Shown one piece after another: positions 58,197 to 64,000 of a DNA stretch of 64,000 nucleotides. Source of the DNA: an uncultured Gammaproteobacteria bacterium (GTDB taxonomy: Bacteria > Patescibacteriota > Patescibacteriia > UBA9934 > GWF2-40-263); assembly GCA_964399675.1 (NCBI GenBank), contig CAYNRK010000001.1, forward strand, positions 137,221 through 201,220, read 5' to 3'. A program made the position numbers and the translations under genes. Position 1 is the stretch's first letter, and each line of letters begins with the position of its first letter. The notes beneath the pieces are model-generated. The model saw nothing but the letters and a program-made list of their open reading frames with translations, made no database searches and was not told the DNA's origin.

Positions 58197-58382
58197 ATGG
58201 CCACGGAAAATCAAATAGCAAAATCAAAGAAACGACCAAAGTTTTCATCACGGAAGGTGAACCGTTGTTGGAAATGTGGACGAAATCGTGGGTACATGCG
58301 TGCATTTGACATGTGTCGTATCTGCTTCCGTGAGCTTGCTAACCGTGGTGAGATTCCAGGTATTCGAAAATCAAGTTGGTAA
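58197..58382 (+). CDS. rpsN: 30S ribosomal protein S14 (Zn-binding type Z)
   Basis: [20 protein letters not shown]. Confidence 0.97.
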   Translation: MATENQIAKSKKRPKFSSRKVNRCWKCGRNRGYMRAFDMCRICFRELANRGEIPGIRKSSW

Positions 58383-58383
58383 T

Positions 58384-58776
58384 ATGATGACAGATCCAAT
58401 TTCAGACATGCTTACACAAATTCGCAATGCGCAGGCTGTGAAAAAACCTGACATAACTTTGAATTATTCAAAGGTCAAATTTCACATTGCAAAAATTTTG
58501 GAAAAAGAAGGTTTTGTAGTGGGTGTAAAACAGGTGACAGAGGCAAAGTTTCCAAAATTACACATCGGACTTAAGTACAGTGGCAGCAAGCCGGCAATCT
58601 TGTCACTGAAGCGTATTAGTAAGCCTGGTCGACGAATTTATGCAAAGTCAACAGAACTTCCTCGTGTTTTATCTGATATGGGAATTGCCATTATCTCCAC
58701 ACCAAACGGTCTTATGACTAATAAAGAAGCCCGTGCCAGAAAGCTTGGCGGTGAGGTTATTTGCGAAATCACCTAA
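58384..58776 (+). CDS. rpsH: 30S ribosomal protein S8
   Basis: TDPISDMLT.IRN, SKPGRRIY, GGEVIC. Confidence 0.98.
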   Translation: MMTDPISDMLTQIRNAQAVKKPDITLNYSKVKFHIAKILEKEGFVVGVKQVTEAKFPKLHIGLKYSGSKPAILSLKRISKPGRRIYAKSTELPRVLSDMGIAIISTPNGLMTNKEARARKLGGEVICEIT

Positions 58777-58780
58777 ACCT

Positions 58781-59338
58781 ATGTCTAGAGTAGGAAAAAA
58801 ACCAATTGAAATTCCTTCAGGCGTTGATGTGAAATTTGAGAATAATCACATAAATGTTAAAGGTCCAAAAGGAGAACTTGCACGTGATGTTCATCCGTTG
58901 GTTTCGGTTGCTATTGAAGATGTAGATGGTGCAGAACAAGTGGTCTTGACTATTGATGATCTAAATGACAAACAGAAAAAAGCTCAATGGGGGACTGCAA
59001 GAGCAAATATTGCAAACATGGTGCACGGTGTTACAGAAGAGTTTGAAAAAAAGTTGGAAGTTAATGGTGTTGGATATCGTGTGAATTTGCAAGGTCGCGA
59101 GGTTGTGTTAAATGTTGGTTTCTCTCATGAGGTTCGATTTGCACTTCCAGAAGGAGTGGACGCAGTAATTGAAGGAAATCTTATTACTCTTTCCGGAATC
59201 GATCGACAGTTGGTTGGTGAAGTTGCTGCAAACATTCGTAAAGTTAAAAAGCCAGAGCCTTATAAAGGAAAGGGAATTAAATATGTTGATGAGGTGATTC
59301 GCCGCAAGGCAGGTAAGGCTCAAAAGAGTGCAGAATAA
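58781..59338 (+). CDS. rplF: 50S ribosomal protein L6
   Basis: [20 protein letters not shown]. Confidence 0.98.
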   Translation: MSRVGKKPIEIPSGVDVKFENNHINVKGPKGELARDVHPLVSVAIEDVDGAEQVVLTIDDLNDKQKKAQWGTARANIANMVHGVTEEFEKKLEVNGVGYRVNLQGREVVLNVGFSHEVRFALPEGVDAVIEGNLITLSGIDRQLVGEVAANIRKVKKPEPYKGKGIKYVDEVIRRKAGKAQKSAE

Positions 59339-59339
59339 T

Positions 59340-59696
59340 ATGACACGAAAAATTAAGGACAAACCAACACTAAAATCTCGCCGAGCAATTAGGACTCGTG
59401 CGCGACTTCATGGTACAAAGAAACGACCAAGACTCAGTGTTTCAAGAAGCTTGCGTGCTATCTCAGCGCAACTCATTAACGATGATAAGGGCGAGACATT
59501 AGCCGCTGTTTCTGACAAAGGGTTGGCTTCAGCACTTAAACCGGTTGAAAGGGCTAAAGAGGTTGGAAAGAAAATAGCAGAGATTGCAAAAGAAAAAGGA
59601 ATTGAATCTGTAATCTTTGACAGAGGATCGAATCGATATCACGGGCGTGTTGCAGCAGTTGCAGAGGGCGCTAGAGAAGGTGGACTCAAAATTTAA
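59340..59696 (+). CDS. rplR: 50S ribosomal protein L18
   Basis: [18 protein letters not shown]. Confidence 0.97.
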   Translation: MTRKIKDKPTLKSRRAIRTRARLHGTKKRPRLSVSRSLRAISAQLINDDKGETLAAVSDKGLASALKPVERAKEVGKKIAEIAKEKGIESVIFDRGSNRYHGRVAAVAEGAREGGLKI

Positions 59697-59700
59697 TGAT

Positions 59701-60387
59701 ATGACAGAACAAACTATAAAAACAGCAACCAAGAAAGGTTCAGCCACCAAGACCAAAAAGAATGAAAAAGGTAAGGGGCGTGGGCGCGGACGTGGCAAGG
59801 GCCGAGGGCGTCAAAGAGAAGTTCGAGAGTTCGAACAAAAGATTTTGGATTTATCCCGTGTTACTCGTGTGACTGCTGGTGGAAAGAGAATGTCATTCCG
59901 CTGTGCTCTTGTTATTGGAGATAAAAAAGGACGTGTTGGACTTGGTGTTGCAAAAGGAGCTGATGTGCAAATTTCAGTTGAAAAAGCTTATAAGCAAGCC
60001 AAACGAAATTTGGTAACAGTGCCACTTGTTAATGAAACAATTCCACATCTGATTTGGGTAAAGTATGGTGCAGCTCTTGTTATGCTCAAACCAGCTCCAG
60101 AAGGAACCGGGCTTAAATCTGGTGGTGCAATGCGTATGGTGCTTGAGTTTGCTGGTGTTCCAAATGCTGTGACCAAGATTGTTAATTCAAGTAATAAGAT
60201 TAATATCGCTCGGGCAACATTAGAGGCGATTAAGCAGTTGAGGAAGGTGGAAAAGGTGGAGAAGGTAGAAAAGGGAGAAAAGGTAGCCCCAGGCTTTAGC
60301 CTGGGCGAAGAAGTCAAAGAGGTCAAAGAAGCCCGAGAGGTGAAAGAGGTTGAAGAGGTTAAAGAAGCGAAGGAGAAAGTAGAATAA
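59701..60387 (+). CDS. rpsE: 30S ribosomal protein S5 with repeat-derived C-terminal tail
   Basis: RVTRVTAGGKR, LKPAPEGTG. Confidence 0.97.
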   Translation: MTEQTIKTATKKGSATKTKKNEKGKGRGRGRGKGRGRQREVREFEQKILDLSRVTRVTAGGKRMSFRCALVIGDKKGRVGLGVAKGADVQISVEKAYKQAKRNLVTVPLVNETIPHLIWVKYGAALVMLKPAPEGTGLKSGGAMRMVLEFAGVPNAVTKIVNSSNKINIARATLEAIKQLRKVEKVEKVEKGEKVAPGFSLGEEVKEVKEAREVKEVEEVKEAKEKVE

Positions 60388-60391
60388 TTGT

Positions 60392-60841
60392 ATGTCATTA
60401 ACACTTCACAATATTCAGCCAAAAAAAGGTTCCAAAAAGACCAAGAAACGAATTGGTCGTGGTTTGGCTAGCAAAGGTAGATATTCAGGACGGGGTCTTA
60501 AAGGGCAGCGTGCGCGTTCTGGTGGAAAGTCAGGTTTGAAATTGAGGGGTTTGCGTCAGGTCATGTTGGCAACGCCAAAGAAACGTGGTTTTAAGAGTCA
60601 AAAACCAAAGCCGGAAGCAGTTAACTTGGCGACAATTGCAAAGTATTTTGCAAATGATGCTAAAATTACTCCAAAGATTTTGATTTCCCGCGGCCTTGTT
60701 GATAAATCACCGGCCGGTGTAAAGATTTTGGGTCGTGGAAATATTACAATCAAGCTTACAGTCTCAGATTGTTATTTGTCTGCAGAGGCAAAGAAGAAAA
60801 TCAAAGCGGCCGGTGGAACAGTCATTGAAAAAACAAAATAG
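60392..60841 (+). CDS. rplO: 50S ribosomal protein L15
   Basis: RIGRG..GRG.KGQRARSG, VKILGRG. Confidence 0.97.
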   Translation: MSLTLHNIQPKKGSKKTKKRIGRGLASKGRYSGRGLKGQRARSGGKSGLKLRGLRQVMLATPKKRGFKSQKPKPEAVNLATIAKYFANDAKITPKILISRGLVDKSPAGVKILGRGNITIKLTVSDCYLSAEAKKKIKAAGGTVIEKTK

Positions 60842-60844
60842 GAT

Positions 60845-62107
60845 ATGAATACGTTAATCCGCATCTTTAAAACCAAAGATGTTCGAAACAGCATTCTTTT
60901 CATTATTGGGATGTTGATAATTTTTCGTATTTGCGCACACATTCCAGTTCCCGGAGTTGACGCAGAGGCTTTGAAAGAGATTTTTTCTGGGAATCAATTT
61001 TTTGGTCTTTTGAATATTTTCTCAGGTGGAACACTTGAGAATTTTTCAATTGTGGCAATGGGAGTGATGCCGTACATTACATCTTCGATTATTTTCCAGT
61101 TGCTTGGCATGACTATTCCGGCTCTTGAAGAAATGCAAAAAGAAGAACAAGGACGACAAAAGATAAATCAATGGACACGACTTCTTACCATTCCGCTTTG
61201 TGTAATTCAAGCATATGGACTCATTTTACTTCTTTCACAACAAAGTCAGTTTTTCCAAAACACAGAAATAACAACAGTTTTGTTTGCAATGACCAGCATG
61301 ACGGCCGGAACGATTTTCTTAATGTGGATTGGAGAATTGATTTCTGAAAAAAATGTTGGAAACGGAATTTCCATTCTGATTCTTGCGGGAATTATTGCCG
61401 GTCTCCCAACTTTTCTTAGTCAGTCGCTTACAGTTTATGACAAGAGCCAACTTGTAACATTGATCCTATTTGTGGTTGCAGCAATCATTACTGTTGTGTC
61501 GATCGTTGTTATGAATGAAGCGCAGCGGAATATACCAGTGCAATATGCACGTCATGTACGAGGCTCGCGATTGTCAGGTGCGGTAAGTTCACATATTCCA
61601 CTTCGATTAAATATGGGTGGAGTGATTCCAATTATCTTTGCGATTTCAATCATTTTGTTTCCAACTGTTATTGCGCAGTTTTTTACAAATGCAAAAACAG
61701 AATTTTTAAGAAGCGCAGCAACCTGGGTAGTGCAAGTATTTCAAAATCAATTATTTTACGGAATCATTTATTTCTTGTTGGTATTCGTATTCGCATACTT
61801 TTACACAGCCGTCATCTTTCATCCTAATCAGGTTGCAGAGAACGTTCAAAAACAAGGCGGATTTATTCCCGGTATTCGTCCTGGGAAAAACACAGCGGAT
61901 TTCTTAGGCTGGGTTTCAAATCGACTGCTTCTTGTTGGAGCCACATTCTTGTCCCTTGTTGCTGTTTTACCACTTATTGTCCAGCAGTTTACCGGAAACG
62001 CAAATCTGGTGATTGGTGGAACTTCGATTCTAATTATCGTGGCAGTGGTCATTGATTCGGTCAAACAAGTAGAGGCGCAATTGACAATGAGAGAATACGA
62101 TTTATAA
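60845..62107 (+). CDS. secY: Preprotein translocase SecY
   Basis: MGVMPYITSSI, GNGISI, GGFIPGIRPG, GGTSILI. Confidence 0.98.
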   Translation: MNTLIRIFKTKDVRNSILFIIGMLIIFRICAHIPVPGVDAEALKEIFSGNQFFGLLNIFSGGTLENFSIVAMGVMPYITSSIIFQLLGMTIPALEEMQKEEQGRQKINQWTRLLTIPLCVIQAYGLILLLSQQSQFFQNTEITTVLFAMTSMTAGTIFLMWIGELISEKNVGNGISILILAGIIAGLPTFLSQSLTVYDKSQLVTLILFVVAAIITVVSIVVMNEAQRNIPVQYARHVRGSRLSGAVSSHIPLRLNMGGVIPIIFAISIILFPTVIAQFFTNAKTEFLRSAATWVVQVFQNQLFYGIIYFLLVFVFAYFYTAVIFHPNQVAENVQKQGGFIPGIRPGKNTADFLGWVSNRLLLVGATFLSLVAVLPLIVQQFTGNANLVIGGTSILIIVAVVIDSVKQVEAQLTMREYDL

Positions 62108-62143
62108 GCAATAAAGAAAAACCAACGTTAAGCGTTGGTTTTT

Positions 62144-62260
62144 ATAATACCTACAAGGAAAAATTTTCTTGCTGCGGAACTCGTGCTTTTTTACTGTCTG
62201 TTTTATAAGTAAGCACTCAAACAGTCCTCGCTGCTAAAATTTTCCCTTGTAGGCATTATT
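62144..62260. mobile_element. MITE-like element with terminal inverted repeats
   Basis: ataatacctacaaggaaaaatttt ... aaaattttcccttgtaggcattat; non-coding interior. Confidence 0.5.
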
Positions 62261-62301
62261 AGTTCTCGACGAAATCGCCCATTTTGCTATACTACTGCCG
62301 T

Positions 62302-62940
62302 ATGAATAAAATATTTATTATGGGTCCACAAGGATCCGGAAAAGGAACACAAGCCGAGCTTCTTTCAAAAAAACTTGGTATTCCAGCGTTTGCCATGGGG
62401 CAGTTGATAAGAGACGAAGCTGCAACCGGTTCAGAGCTTGGAAAAAAGATTGACGAGATAATTAACAGAGGCGAGCTTGTTTCTGATAAAGATGCAGCCA
62501 ATCTTTTGAAATTACGTCTTGCAAAACCAGATGTCAAAAACGGATATATTCTTGATGGTTATCCGCGCAACATGGAGCAATTTAATGCTTTTGATTTTGA
62601 TGCTCCAACCCATGTGGTTTTGATTGAGATTCCACGAGACATCTCACTAAAGCGTTTGTCAAATCGATTGACATGTTCTGCTTGCAGTAAAATTGGTAGA
62701 ACAAAAGATGGGATTAAAGCAGGGGATGCTTGCGATTGTGGAGGAAAGTGGCACCAGCGAGTGGATGATAAGCCAGAGGCAATTGAAAGACGACTTGAAA
62801 TTTATGAAAAGGATACAGCGCCTGTGATTGCACAGTATGATGATAAAGGGATTGTCTATCGTGTTGATGGTGCAGGAGATATTGAAGAAGTAAATGCAAG
62901 AGTTGAACAAATTTTTAACCTGTGTCATTGCGAGCGCTAG
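62302..62940 (+). CDS. adk: Adenylate kinase
   Basis: GPQGSGKGTQ, ILDGYPR, Zn-type LID cysteines; last codons come from a family C element. Confidence 0.95.
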   Translation: MNKIFIMGPQGSGKGTQAELLSKKLGIPAFAMGQLIRDEAATGSELGKKIDEIINRGELVSDKDAANLLKLRLAKPDVKNGYILDGYPRNMEQFNAFDFDAPTHVVLIEIPRDISLKRLSNRLTCSACSKIGRTKDGIKAGDACDCGGKWHQRVDDKPEAIERRLEIYEKDTAPVIAQYDDKGIVYRVDGAGDIEEVNARVEQIFNLCHCER

Positions 62941-62994
62941 CGAAGCAATCCTCGTGCACGGAGATTGCTTCGTCGCTTCGCTCCTCGCAATGAC
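62923..62994. repeat. Family C palindromic element overlapping adk 3' end
   Basis: tgtcattgcgagc..cgaagcaatc..gattgcttcg..cctcgcaatgac. Confidence 0.85.
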
Positions 62995-63002
62995 GCGACT
63001 GT

Positions 63003-63785
63003 ATGGCTCTAACTAAAACAAAAAAGGAAATAGAATCGCTTCGCAAAGGCGGAGCACTTTTATCGTCTGCTCTTAAAGCGGCAATTGATACTGTTGGTAT
63101 TGGTGTGTCAGTAAAGGATGTTGATGCAATTGCCGAAAAAGTGATTCGTGATGGCGGCGGCACACCTTCTTTTAAAGGGTATAAAGAAAAAGAAGCAGAT
63201 CCACCATTTCCAAGCACTGTTTGTGTTTCAGTAAACGAGGAGGTTGTTCATGGTTCAGGCCAGAGAGACATTGTTTTAAAAGAAGGTGATGTTGTTGGTT
63301 TGGATATTGGTTGTTGGTATGAAGGGTTGTGTACTGACATGGCGGCAACTGTTCCGGTTGGAAAGGTGGGTGATGATGCGCTTAAGCTTATGGAAGTAAC
63401 AAAGCAAGCTCTTCTTGCCGGGGTTGCAGCGGCAAAAGTAGGTGGAGATATTAAAGATATATCGCAAGCTGTTGAAGGTGTTGTAAAACCCAATGGCTAT
63501 GGAATTGTTCAAGCTCTTGTTGGGCACGGTGTTGGTCACGAAGTTCATGAAGCTCCTCATGTTCCAAACTTTATTTCAGATCGTTATCCAAATGTTGAGA
63601 TTTTGAACGGCATGGTTCTTGCGATTGAGCCAATGCTTGGTCTTGGGGGTGATCACAGAATAGAAACAACAGATGATTGCTGTCGGGGCATCTTGATGAA
63701 AGACAGGACAACTGGTTCGCATTTTGAAGTCACAATTGCTATTACAAACGAGGGCACAGAAATTTTAACACCATTGCCAGTTTAA
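63003..63785 (+). CDS. map: Methionine aminopeptidase type I
   Basis: CVSVNEEVVHG, GHGVG..HEAP, AIEPM, HFE. Confidence 0.96.
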   Translation: MALTKTKKEIESLRKGGALLSSALKAAIDTVGIGVSVKDVDAIAEKVIRDGGGTPSFKGYKEKEADPPFPSTVCVSVNEEVVHGSGQRDIVLKEGDVVGLDIGCWYEGLCTDMAATVPVGKVGDDALKLMEVTKQALLAGVAAAKVGGDIKDISQAVEGVVKPNGYGIVQALVGHGVGHEVHEAPHVPNFISDRYPNVEILNGMVLAIEPMLGLGGDHRIETTDDCCRGILMKDRTTGSHFEVTIAITNEGTEILTPLPV

Positions 63786-63791
63786 AGGCCC

Positions 63792-63906
63792 TGTCATTTC
63801 GACCGAGCCCATTCGACTCACCTCGTTCGCTCAGGACAGGCTCCGCGAGTGGAGAAATCTCGAATATGCGAGATCCCTCGGCTCGCTGTGCTCGCTCGGG
63901 ATGACA
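63792..63906. repeat. Family C palindromic element
   Basis: Inverted near-copy of 40859-40965. Confidence 0.9.
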
Positions 63907-63917
63907 AAGGAAAAATT

Positions 63918-64000
63918 ATGAAAATTCTTGGAATTGATTATGGACTTAAAAAAATCGGACTTGCTTTTGGGGATAGTGAAATAAAGGTTGCTGTTCCTTT
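63918..64000 (+). CDS. ruvX: Holliday junction resolvase-like RuvX/YqgF (partial, runs off the window)
   Basis: MKILGIDYGLKKIGLAFGD...AVP. Confidence 0.85.
   Translation, partial: MKILGIDYGLKKIGLAFGDSEIKVAVP

Noticed and set aside
60388-60391. Absence of rpmD (L30) as a novelty
   Set aside because: Already established as a general CPR trait; used only for taxonomic inference
16325-63906. Integron attC sites for family C elements
   Set aside because: They flank core housekeeping genes, lack consistent RYYYAAC/GTTRRRY ends, and no integrase is seen
1-64000. Alternative genetic code (UGA=Gly, as in Gracilibacteria/SR1)
   Set aside because: Core genes are full length in code 11, and TGA ends several genes (e.g. 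gdhA, the MFS transporter, ComEC-MBL) at the expected positions

Overview
Bacterial chromosomal segment, most likely Patescibacteria/CPR (Parcubacteria-like). This is inferred from the missing rpmD/L30 between rpsE and rplO, a short ProRS, AT-rich core genes without Shine-Dalgarno sites and several near-leaderless starts. Genetic code 11. The core content is proS, rny, HU, truB, infB, trxA/trxB, gdhA, leuS, ugd, comEC, ndk, murA, the str operon split by an insertion (rpsL-rpsG-fusA ... tuf), the S10-spc cluster, secY-adk-map and the start of ruvX. GC-richer, SD-led accessory genes are interspersed. The most unusual locus is at 10.4-13.2 kb. It has an atypical tRNA gene with alanine acceptor identity (G3:U70, A73) but an aberrant anticodon arm (UAG or AGC). 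It is preceded by a promoter-driven short RNA that is perfectly antisense (13 nt) to that anticodon arm. A second, covarying copy of this short RNA with an identical promoter lies 1 kb away. Linked to these are a KamA-like radical SAM gene lacking the PLP lysine and a TylF-family methyltransferase. The window also holds three leaderless leader-peptide attenuators in front of accessory genes, an ATP-grasp/methyltransferase operon and a RelA/SpoT-like protein. There are candidate ncRNAs, including a 6S-like RNA upstream of rny, and several palindromic repeat families, some inserted in-frame into essential proteins (LeuS, TruB, S5, L23). All calls were made by eye; no database searches were run.
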